Shown here: positions 34,762-45,847 of the stretch, one piece after another
Position numbering within the stretch: the stretch's first letter is position 1
Layout: each line of letters starts with the position of its first letter
Assembly (NCBI GenBank): GCA_035084275.1
Contig: CM068768.1
Span: 4,650,001 to 4,714,000 of the forward strand
Direction of reading: 5' to 3'
Origin: Hydrolagus colliei
Taxonomy: Eukaryota
Length of the DNA stretch: 64,000 bases
Translations under genes and position numbers: made by a program
The notes under the pieces: generated by a model
What the model was told of the DNA's origin: nothing
Seen by the model: only the letters and a program-made list of their open reading frames with translations
Database searches by the model: none

Positions 34762-36503
34762 CTGTAACGCAAACAAAGGGTTTGATGCAGGTGATCAGAG
34801 ATGGCAGATTGCACATTGATTCTGTTACTGTTAAGATGTTACAATCCACACCTTAAGACACACCTGTAGCCATGAAAAGTGCGATTAACAAGTAGCAAAG
34901 AAGTAGGAATGTTGCAAATAATTAATTTTTTTTCTGATCGACCCAATAAAATCTACACATATTTTGAATGATTCCCCACCCCACTACATACCCGCTTTTC
35001 AATCAACGTTTTCCAACCACAAAAAAAAGCTAGCTTCCAGTGGGCAGGCAGCAGTGTGCATGGTGATCTGATGACCCAGATGTCAACTACTTTTAAAGAC
35101 TTTGTAGAAATCTATGAAAAGTTTATTTGTCAAGTTTGCAGAGGCTTGTGGAAAACATCAGATATGGATGTTTATTGATTTCCGCTAACTCTGCAGATCA
35201 GGTTTAACTTCTGTCTGAGCGCTCGCCTCACCTCACGTGTGGCTACAGTCTCTGAGTTTTGTTTACTTCTGTCGTGTCTTATTCACTATTTTGGGGTCAG
35301 CATTTTGCCTGTTGACTCCTACTAGGGTGTGCTGCAACTGATGCCGGGATCAGGAGAATGTTTTTAATAAAAACAAGGGATTGTTGGAACGTGCAACACC
35401 CTATTTAGTTAGAGCGTGAGTGAAGAAGAATCCATATGAACTTTTAAAATGGATTTAGATAAACATAAAACTGTGTGTGTGTATTGGGGGGAAGGCGGGA
35501 GAATGTCTCTCTTCAGACCCAATATAGGAATGACGGGCCAAATGGCCTCTTTCTGTGCAGTAACCTTGAATAGGCACACTAGAACTTTGCCCAAGTGGCC
35601 ATGATCTGTGTGAGAGATCACTGGGTGTCCATGCCAAGCTTGATCCTATCCTTAGCTGACATCCAGTACAGACTACTGTACTTCCAGTCAGGGTCACTGT
35701 CTCAACACCTACTGCTTTGATCTAACCCCCCCACCCCTCCCCGCCTCTCAACCCAACTTGGGTGCCAAGCCATGATAATTATGAGCCTCGGGACGTCTTC
35801 CTGACGTGGAAGGTGCCATATGAATGTAAATTTTGACTGCATTATAAATAGTGGATTCCTAACAGCGACTATCAGGAGAGAGTGACCTTCGCAGTCCGGT
35901 TGTGTGTGAGATACTGATAAGATTTCTGAGCCAGTGAGCAAACAAAATCCGTACATTTGTATCAGTGTATAACAAACTTAACACCATGTTTCAACTGTGG
36001 AATGCAAGGGAGGTGGGTACTCCGTACTTCCCACTACAGCACTGCCCTCTGTTAACATCTCCAGATGGTTACTGGGGTTGGAAGCAGCAATGAAAGCAGG
36101 GAGCTTTTTCATATTGGGATACAATACAAAATTACATTTGTAAAACGCTTTTTCACGTTGGGAGGACACCCCAAGGCATTGGACAGTGAGGGTTTTGGGC
36201 CTGAGCTGGGAGGCGGGATCAGGGAGGGTGGAGCGGGGGAAGATGGACGAAGGCACAGTCAAAGAGGGACGTACATTGAAGGAGGTTAAATAACTAAATG
36301 CACGCGCACAGGAAGTCGGCGGTGAGCCCTGGAAGCGTACTACTCACAACACACTGACATTACACCCAGATTCACAGTGAGCAGTATAACAGGGTCCAAC
36401 CACATCCTCTCTAAGCAGTTTCTAGCTCACCGACTGGGCCCCCGTTAGTCAGATACACTTCTCTCAGTAACTGCCAGATGCGACAATGAAAAGATCACCA
36501 TAC

Positions 36504-36542
36504 CTTTTCCTTGCCGCTGGCTTCCCTTGAAACTGTTGAACC
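36504..36542 (-). CDS. PIP4K2B: PIP4K2B coding exon 6 (39-nt exon)
   Basis: ttctcttag|GSTVSREASGKEK|gtatgg; fills the expected gap between RKYDLK and AKELP. Confidence 0.93.
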
Positions 36543-39363
36543 CTAAGAGAAGCAAATGACAAGAAATAAATATCGCCACTGTTCCTTTACACCTTGATTT
36601 TCTTACTCTGCACAGACCAGGATTCGGACCTAAAACTTGCCAGTTTGTACGGCTATAGATAGAGCCAATAGCTTTACCCACCACGGCACTGAGGGAGCCT
36701 GAAAACATTCTACATCTTTATCAAGTGAAACAGGAAACTGATCTAGATACAGATAACGATACAGTTGAAAGATTTCTGCACAGGATAGGATGGACACCTG
36801 TAGACATTCAGTGTGTGCAGTTTTAGTTCAGTGGAGTAACATTCAGTTCCTGTTCAGCTGACGTTTTCATTCCCGCTGTTTATAATTTGCTCCTCAGAAA
36901 TGCAGCAGTGAATGGTTTGCTAATGGTTGTCAGCCGCAGTCTTGAGTACGGCTTTGGCTGTGATGAGAGGGTTCAAAGGAATTACATGTGGAAAACTCTT
37001 TCTGCTGGTAGGAGATTCGACATATTAATTCGTGTTGTCAGGATACGGAATGATTTACCCAGGCAGCTATTCGAGCAGTTAACTAGTCGCTCCCTCTTGC
37101 CTCCACTCTGCTGACTAATAGGGCACAGATACAACAACAACAACTTGGATTTATACAGCACCCTTTACACCGGATTTTCAGGTGGGAGGGGGGTAAGAGC
37201 TCTGGAACTCCCTTCCTCACTCCCTTCGCCTTGCCCATTCTCTTCCTAGTTTCAGGTCTCAGCTAAAGACTTTTCTTTTCGACCGCACCTTCAGACACCT
37301 TTTTTTCCCCCCTGTCCATGGCTCGATCCTGGGATCCGTTATTGTGAAGTGCTCTGAGATGCCATTTGGCGTAGTGGTGGGGGGGGGGGGGGGGCGCTAT
37401 ATAAATCCAAGTTGTTGTTGTAAGAGAAAATATCTTTTGACTTGACTGAGATAGATTTCAGTCAATTTCCTTCCGATGAGCACTTCTGCCATCAAACTGA
37501 CAGATATGAATCACATCCACATTCTCGTGCCAACGTTCAACAGGAAATACGAGTTTTCACTAAATTTATGGCCCATGTAATCTTTTATCTCGCAGACTTT
37601 CATATTTTCAATCATTTTAAGATTTTCAGGAATGAGGTGGGCAGAATGCGTTCCACCAGGGAGAGAGTGTGCATTGGCTGACCAACAAAAAAACTATTTC
37701 ACACATTGCTGTTTGATATTGGCTTTTAGTCAGAGACAAGAGTTACAATAAAACCATCCAAACCATTCTGCCCATTGCATCGGTACTGGCTTTCTGAAAG
37801 AGCTGTCAGTTTTTTCAGTTTCTGCCTTCTCTCTCACACCCTTTTATATTTCTCCTTTTCAGATATTTATTTAATTCCCTCTGGAAAACCAAAATAGATT
37901 CCAGCACCTACGTTTATCAAAACAATTCCCCCTAACCTTTCTCTTTCCTCCTCCGGTAATTATCTTAATCTTGTGTCCCAGTGACTGACTCATTGATGCG
38001 TCAAAATCACTTCTTCCTATTTATCTTATCAAAAGCTCTGATTGTTTTAAACAAAAACTATCAGGTCACCTCTCAACCTTTTTTATTCTAGGGAAAACAG
38101 CCCCAGTTCTTATAGTCACTCACGTAAGTAAAACCTCCCGTCCTGCCAAACCTGTGTGAAATCGGAGCCAAGTTTCGCCCACAAAATACACAGTCAATTC
38201 ACTTCACAGTATATTCTGTGAAGCATTGAGTCATCTCAAAGACGTGATAAGGCGTTGTATCAAATGCAAGGATAGTTATTATTATCATCTTGGTGAATCG
38301 TATCTACAGAATAAGTAAAGATTTGGGTTAACAGCTAGGCCTCACTGAGTAGTAATAATAATATTATTCCTTGCATTTGATATGGTGCCTTATTACATTG
38401 TTGAGACATCTAAAAGCACTTCACAGTATGCACTGTAACGTGGATTGACTGTGAATTCTGTGGGTGAAATACGGTAGCAAAATGTGTACAGCAGTGACTG
38501 TGGGAATGCTTTCTGCTTTTGATGGCAGAGGGAAAGGAGGGTAGTGAAATATCTGACCTTGGCGTTTGGTTATATACATTTGGGGGTAGGGCAATTCAAT
38601 CACCAACTCTGTAAGATGCCACCTGGTCCTCTCGTTTAGCAAAGGTTCCAGTGGATTGTCTAGACTGGCGATAAGTGCTCTGGAATCCTACCCCACTTGG
38701 CAAGTCGTCGTTGTTGTAAGTCACTCAACATGCTCGCTGCACTTCTTTCTGTATCTTTTACTGCCTCGCCCTTCAGTCTGGCCCAAAACACATTTGTTTT
38801 TGTCTACGATTGGTGCCAGCTTCGTTCAGAGTCCACGAAAAGCCAAAGGAGCGAATGGCTGGAGAGAGAGTCCTTTGCTGTGGAATGGATTCCAAGTTGA
38901 CTGCGATGTGTAATTGCTGCTGCTTACAGTTGGTCAGCTCGGGCAGAGCAATCAGCGATGGCAAACTTGTTAGCAATCTCATACTCGCGCCTCGGAGTTT
39001 TAGAGGTTTGATTTGGATTTTCTCCAGCCACTTGCCCAGTGGAATTGGGACGTAATCATGCGATAACAGAACTGAGCAAGTGGTAGAGAAAGATCACAAT
39101 CGAAACTCGGCTCGAGGGAACAAGATAGAAAACTGAAAAGAGAAGGGAGTTTCTCCCAATGCCCTGGCCAACAATCCACCAGATTAGCTTGTTATTCACC
39201 TCCTACTTGTTTGTGGGACATTGGTGTTGCAAATAACTAATGCATTTCATTCTCTTGCGGCCACTGCATTTGACAGTAATTAACTGCAAAATGCTTTGAG
39301 ATGCTTCGGCATGGTAAGGTGCAAAAATAGAAGCTGTTCCTTTCTCAATCACATGTCATTTAC

Positions 39364-39510
39364 CTTCAGATCGTACTTCCTGTGCACATGGAGCCTGTGA
39401 CTGAATACATTTCTCGTGACAGTCATGTAGGTCTCCATTCCATCAACTGTTAGCCGGTACATGCCCAGGAACTGGGGCAGAAGCGTGTTCCCGTGACATT
39501 CCACAATATA
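39364..39510 (-). CDS. PIP4K2B: PIP4K2B coding exon 5
   Basis: cag|[49 protein letters not shown]|gtaaat; 147 nt. Confidence 0.97.
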
Positions 39511-39559
39511 CTGGAGAAACACAAGGTAGGGCACGTCAGCAAAGCAGAGACACGTTCAA

Positions 39560-39942
39560 CAGTAGCGTAGTGGTTAGAGCACTCGCCGTGCAAGAGAGTT
39601 TTGCCCTGCCCAGGGTTTGATTCCCTGGGCAGGGCAAAACATTGGGCAAGTTTCCTTACTCCACACCCTTCTGTTTACCTAAACAGTAAGTAGGAGAATG
39701 GTTGTTAGTCGATTGGTAGATCGCTTTCAAGGCAGGGGTACTTATCTCTTCACAAATAATAAATAAAATGATTTGATCACTGAGTCCACGAATGTTTGTG
39801 GGACACTGCTCTGCGCAATTGGCTGCTGCGTTTTGCCCACAAATATACAGTCAATTCACTTTATAGGGCCTTCTGTGAAGCGCTTGGAGACATCTAGAAG
39901 ATGTGAAAAGCGCTATATTAAATGCAAGGATTATTATTATAT
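39560..39942 (+). mobile_element. tRNA-derived SINE (long variant) with fold-back in the head
   Basis: Head, TCTGTTTACCTAAACAGTAAGTAGG insert, and tail. Confidence 0.88.
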
Positions 39943-40189
39943 TCCCACAAAAAATAGTCAATTCACTTTGTAATATGTTCTGTGAAGAGCTTGAGATGTT
40001 GTGAAGACGTGATGAGGTGCTAAATCAAGTGCAAATATTATTATAAGAGAAAAAACTGTGGATTTACTGCAGTAATAAGTTTGCAGTATTAAAAACAACA
40101 TTAAATTTACATCACCAGATCAAAGTCTTCCCACCCCCACCAATTCCCTCCTTTCAGCTCAGGCACCCAGTCAGCCCTGCGAAACATTT

Positions 40190-40522
40190 ACATTCACATC
40201 TGATACATCGTCTTATCATGTAATTGAGATGTCTCAAAGAGCTTCAAATAATATATGGTAAAGTGAATTTACTGTGTATTTTGTGGGTGAAACTCAGCAG
40301 CCAATTGCACACAGCAGGGACTCACAAAGAGTCTTGGTTTGAGAGACCAAATTAGTATTTTACTTATTTATTTGAAGGGATTGTGATCTGCCATTCGACT
40401 AACTTATGACTGCTTGGTAACAGAGGTATGGAGAGTACGGAAACTTTCCTAAGATTTGATCCCACTCGGGAATCAAACCTCTTGCTTCCAAGGCGAGCGC
40501 ACTAACCATTATGCTATCGGAC
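40190..40522 (-). mobile_element. tRNA-derived SINE (long variant, diverged)
   Basis: Reverse copy next to the exon 4 donor. Confidence 0.75.
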
Positions 40523-40588
40523 ACTGCTACCCATTGCCTCCCTCTCTTCCCCGGCACAATTGTAAAGAACTCCAACTCCCGATCTCAC

Positions 40589-40741
40589 CTGGTGATATTT
40601 TTTCAAAACACTGTGCATCTCAGCCACATCTTCACTTGAAATGGTTTTAATGACAAATCTCTTGTCGTACGTGGTGAGGATCCGGACTCCCATTCGATTG
40701 TGTGAGTCACTGTTTATCGGTGCGCTCCGCGTGACTGAGTT
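40589..40741 (-). CDS. PIP4K2B: PIP4K2B coding exon 4
   Basis: cag|[51 protein letters not shown]|gtgaga; 153 nt; absent from the ORF track. Confidence 0.97.
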
Positions 40742-41276
40742 CTGAAAGAAAGAGGAAACAAGTACATCATTGGGGGGGGGGGGTGAAAGGGAGGCACAAA
40801 TTTCTATACATTATGATTCCTACCGACTCAAACACATCAGAATAGACTGCAGACGTTGGACCAGAGAAGAGACCTGAGGGAGGTTTTAAACATTAAAGGC
40901 TTTCGATACCAACAAAAACAACAAATTACATCGGTATCGCACCTTTCAGGTCAGGACGGCATTCCCAAGCGCTGGACAGTCAGGCATCCACACCCGAGCC
41001 CTGCAGAGGGAGCAGTTGGGAGTTTGCGTAGTCGAGCTTGGATGTGATGAATCCATGCATGGATGAGGGATATCATAAACAGGGAGAAATAGTTTTGACT
41101 GGTCAGTGAATGCAGTCTGTAAATCATTTAAGGTAATTTTCAAAAGATAGGGATCACTGAGTCATGTAGCTCAGTGGCTGGAGTCCACCTCTATGAAGCT
41201 TTGATTCAAACCATTTCTGCAGTATCAATTACAGTAGGTGCCGCTTAATGTGATCGTGTCCATTCTTGTCCTTTTG

Positions 41277-41582
41277 CGGAGTCCTGTAGCTCAGTGGTTA
41301 GAGCACTTGCTTTGCAAGCGAGAGACCTGGGTTCGATTCCAGGCAGGGCAAAACCTTGGGCAAGTTCCATTTCTCCGCATGCCTGATACTAATCCCTCAG
41401 AAAAAAACAATTGGTCATTTCAATCCCCAACTGTGTGTGGGACACTACTGTGCAGAATTGGCTGCTGTGTTTCGCCCACCAATATACAGTCAATTCAATT
41501 TACAGTATATTCTGTGAAGCGCTTTGAGACGTCTAGAAGACATGAAAAGCACTATATCAAATGCAATTATTAGTAGTAGTAT
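41277..41582 (+). mobile_element. tRNA-derived SINE, full-length short variant
   Basis: A-box TAGCTCAGTGG, B-box GGTTCGATTCC, and tail. Confidence 0.95.
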
Positions 41583-42511
41583 AACATTAACCAGCTGATT
41601 ACATGAAGCAGTACCACTGCTGGTAGATGATGGGGCTGGTTGTGGGTGTCAGAGGCTTAAACAGTGAGTCTGGTTTGCACAGGGCAATGTGTACGGCGCA
41701 GTGAGGCTGTACTCCCCGGAGGCCTCCCCCTCCCCTCCAGCCCTTGGGGCTTCCTTTGAATTTGATAACATTACCGAGCGGGTTGATAACAATATCCGGA
41801 ACATTTTCTTGATGTAAAATAGGATTTGATGTGGTTTTGTTGATAACATTAAACCAGTGATCATATTAAGCATTGCCTACCGTTTCTCAACATAACACAG
41901 AAAACATCAGAAAGAGCGCAGCTGCTGTGACAGATGGTGATAACCAGGTAATCTGCACACTCTTGCAAAGCGTCACAATCAATAGCCCAGGCCATCTCAA
42001 TAATGATGGTGGTTTTATGCTGGTCTAGCTAGCATCAAATGCAGCGATTTCATACATGGCAAAGCGGAACGGTAAGCTGTGTCTGTTTGTTCCATTGACA
42101 TCTATCTACATACGCATCTCCTGAGTTCATTGTCAATATCAGATTACAGAAAGCACGTTTTTATTTATTGCAATTTCTCAAACCCCTCCCGCCTGCCCCC
42201 TCACCCACCTCCGCTCTGCTAAACATCACCAAGCCTCAGGGCTGGTGTACCGTACCTTTAGACCTTTCATCAATGTACAATCGCTCGGGTAAATATATAA
42301 ATAAAAACAACACAATGACGGTTCAGTCAGTCAGAACCATCTTGTGTTTTACTCCTATTGTTGGGAGTCCAAAGCTGTTGCAAAAGGTTGAATGGACTAA
42401 AACCCATGAAAAGGCAGCAAATTAGTGAAGAAAATAAAATTTCGGTCAACTCCACCTCCCAAATCCATCAGCTATACAGGGAAGGGCACTTTTCACCTCG
42501 TGGCCAGTTTA

Positions 42512-42863
42512 TAGTCCTGTAAGCATATTGCGTAGAGAATTTGCCTTGTAAGCGAGAGAACCTGGGTTTGATTCCCAGGTAAGGCAAAACGGTAGGCAAC
42601 TTTCCTTACTCCACGCTCCTCTGTTTACCTATCAGATCAGTAAGTAAGAACTCGGTGGTTAGTTGACTGATGCATTGCTAATCTCTTAAAAAATAATAAA
42701 ATAAATAAAATGATTTGGTTACCAATCCATTATTGTTTATGGGACGCAATCAGCTGCCATGTTTTTCCCACGTAATACAGTCCATTCACTTTACAGTATA
42801 TTCTGTGAAGCGCTTTGAGATATTTAAGACAGGCACTGTATCAAATGCAAGGATTGTTTATTA
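42512..42863 (+). mobile_element. tRNA-derived SINE (long variant)
   Basis: CTCTGTTTACCTATCAG...GTAAGTAAG insert and tail. Confidence 0.8.
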
Positions 42864-43394
42864 TACAATGTATTTTGTAGCTATCAAAGTAAAACCGGGG
42901 TGAGGGGGGGTGGAGGGAAGGCTTCTCAGTGCAAGAAACACAGCAGAGATTCAGATTTAAGATGTACAATTGGTGCTGAAGCTTGGCTTCCAAGCGTTCA
43001 ACAGGATCAGCCCATCCAGCCTGTTCTGTTAATTCCTTTAAAATCTTTTAATCTCATTTCCTTGCCTTCCCACCACCACCACCCCCAAAACGGGTTTTTG
43101 AGTTCACATGTTGAGTTTGTAGTAATGTGTTGTAGGATGAGGGAATGCTCTTCTTGTGAAATATTAAAGCACATCCCGCCTGCCTGTTCAGGCGGACATT
43201 AAAGATACAGCTACACTTTCAACAGAGAAATTGCTCTAGTTTCATGGCCAATAATCATCCAGTTAGATACAGTACATTGATGCATTTGTTTCATGACTTC
43301 TGAGTAGAGCCAAGGCTGCTACCAACTGAGCTAGGCTGACACAGGCTCAGAGAGTCTTCACTGCTGAATGTTAAACCGACTGATGCTAATTATA

Positions 43395-43800
43395 ATTAAT
43401 ACTTTTGATAATAGCCCCTTATCGCATCATTGAGACGTCTCAAAGCACTTCACAGGATATACAGTATTAGAAAATTAATTGATTGTGTACTTTGTGGGTG
43501 AAACCAGCAGCCGGTTGTGCACAGCAGTGTCCTACAAATAGATGCGGAGTGAGTGACCAATTTTAATTTTATTTACTTGGCCAGGACCCTGGGAGAAACT
43601 CCTTTCTCTTTTCAAATAGTGCCATTTAACACCCACTTGAACAGGCAAGTGTGACCTTGGTTTAACATCTCATCTGAAGCATGGCACTACCAACAATGCA
43701 GTTCCCCCTCACCCACCACTCCACACTGCGCTGGAGTGTCAGGTTAGACTATGTCCCAACATGGGGCTTCTGACTCAGGGGCGAGTGCTATCTCTACTAA
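43395..43800 (-). mobile_element. Older DeuSINE (SacSINE1-like)
   Basis: Reverse of the Deu core (GGTTTAACATCTCATCTGAAG...GGCAC) and of the head (TTCTGACTCAGGGGCGAGTG). Confidence 0.72.
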
Positions 43801-44259
43801 CACATGACAGGAAGCGGGATCTTGGCTTCATTGGAGCGGAGGATGGATGGGCTGCACTGAGCCTGAGCCAAAGACAATGTTGGTAACGCATGAACAAAAC
43901 GGTTGTGTTTCTGATTTTAAGGAAGTGTGACAGGGGTCAGTATTGGGACCTCTGCTGTTTTGGGTTTATATAAATGATCATCCATGACCTCATATTGGAT
44001 GAGCATATCAACATTCTTGGACTTAGAGAAATCTGGCTCTCCCCCCAATGACCCCGTCCCCTGTTGAAGTCTCCTCTCTTATCCTCATAGGTCAACCCCT
44101 CATCCCAGGAAACAACCTAATGAATCTAAGCTGCACCACCTTTAAGGCAAGTATGTCCTTTCTTAAATAAGGCGACTAAAACTGCACGCAATATTCTAGG
44201 TGCGGTCTCACCAAGTCCCTATACAATTGTAGCAAGACTTCCCTACTCTTGTAATTTAC

Positions 44260-44601
44260 TAGGGTCCAGCAATATATTGATATATCGGTTAAATCCGATA
44301 TAATTTTCATATCGATATGCCGGAAATTTAAAATATATCGATATCGAAAAATTCTATATGTAAAAAAAAATCGATATATTGCAAATATCGGTATATCGTG
44401 TCCGGCGATATACCGGTATATCGGTATAATGTGGACTTTTTCATGCGCAGGACAAAAAAAAACCGCAATATCGATATATCGGTATATATCGATATAGTCT
44501 TAGGGTTAGGTTATACATCAATATATCGGCAATATCGACATATTGGTATATATCGATATGGGCAAACCGATATCAGAAATTTTTGATATCGACAGACCCT
44601 A
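44260..44601. mobile_element. hAT-type non-autonomous element (MITE)
   Basis: Termini TAGGGTC...GACCCTA; 8-bp TSD TAATTTAC (44252-44259) and TAATCTAC (44602-44609); many internal ATATCG/CGATAT repeats. Confidence 0.88.
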
Positions 44602-45504
44602 TAATCTACCCCTTTTGCAATGAATGCCAACATGCCATTAGCCTTCCTAGTTGCTTAATGTGTCTGCACACTATCTTTTAGTGACTGGTATGCAAGGACA
44701 CCCAAATCCCTCTGAACACTAACACTATCTAGTCTCATCTCAACCACCGCTCCCAGAAAATAATCTGCTTTTTTATTTTTTACTACCTAGGTGAATAACT
44801 TCACACTTTCCCACATTATACTTCATCTGCCAACTTCTTGCTCACTCACCTAACCTGTCTATATCCTTTTGAATTCTTCTTGTGTCACCCTCACAGCTTA
44901 CTCTCCCATCTACTCTCGTATCATCCTAAATTTTGACATATTAAGCTCTACTTTCTCATCTAAATCATTAATAAAGACTGTAAATAGTTGAGGCCCAAGC
45001 ACTGATGCTTGTGGCACTCCACTAGCCACATCCTGCCAATCTGAGAAGGACCTATTTATACCTATTCTCGTTCGCTTCCTGATAGCCACTCTCCATTCCA
45101 TGCTAATATATTACCTTTAATTCCATGGGCCCTAATCTTATGTAACAGCCTTTGTGGCGACTTGTCAAATGCCTTCTGAAAAACCATATACACTACATTC
45201 ACTTGTTCCCCCAATCTAACCCACTAGCTACATCCTCAAAAAACTCTAAAAGACTTTCTAAACATGATTTCCCTTGCATAAAGCCGTGTTGACTCTGCCT
45301 ATTCATGTTATGATTTTCTAAGTACCCCATGATAACGTCCGTGATTATAGAATTTTCCCTACCACCGATATCAGACTAACTGGCCTATAGTTCCCCATTT
45401 TTGCTCTCCCACCCTTCTTAAACAGTGGCGTTATATTTGCGACCTTCCAATCAAGGGGGACCGTTCCATAATTCAAGGAATTTTGGAAGACTAAAAACAA
45501 AGCT

Positions 45505-45847
45505 CCTGTTGAGCTCCTGTGGCTTAGTGGTTAGAGCACTTGTCTTGCAAGCTGGGGAGACTAAGATGGGAAGGCCTGTGTTCAAATCCAGGCAGGTCAG
45601 GGCAAAACCTTGGGCAAGGTTCCTTACTCCACACGCCTAATAATAATCCGTCCAACCAAAACCTCAATAATAAAATTGGTCATTTCAATGCATGACTGTT
45701 TGTGGGACACTGCTGTGCGCAATTGGCTGCCGCGATTCGCCCACAAATATACAGTCAATTCACTTTACATATATTCTGTGAAGCGCTTTGGTTCGTCGAT
45801 AAGATGTGAAAACCGCTATATTAAATGCACGGATCATTATTATTATT
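45505..45847 (+). mobile_element. tRNA-derived SINE inserted in the CR1
   Basis: Head to (TTA)n tail; flanking AAAGC at 45499-45503 and 45848-45852 may be a TSD. Confidence 0.92.

Noticed and set aside
36660-36710. Alternative candidate for PIP4K2B exon 6 (ttttcag|GCTCCCTC...)
   Set aside because: Wrong phase and sequence; 36504-36542 matches the expected 13 codons.
41238-41573. Recurrent ORF peptides such as SPVAQWLEH...VYSVKRFETSRR...YIKCKDYY
   Set aside because: These are translations of the non-coding SINE; their recurrence reflects copy number, not a gene family.
44499-44512. Telomere-like TTAGGGTTAGG (also at ~22536-22547 and ~61883-61890)
   Set aside because: Only about two units each; too short to call interstitial telomeric sequence.
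44270-44590. Short repeated units that could be mistaken for a CRISPR-like or satellite array
   Set aside because: No constant repeat and unique spacer periodicity; bounded by TIRs and a TSD, so a MITE in a eukaryotic context.
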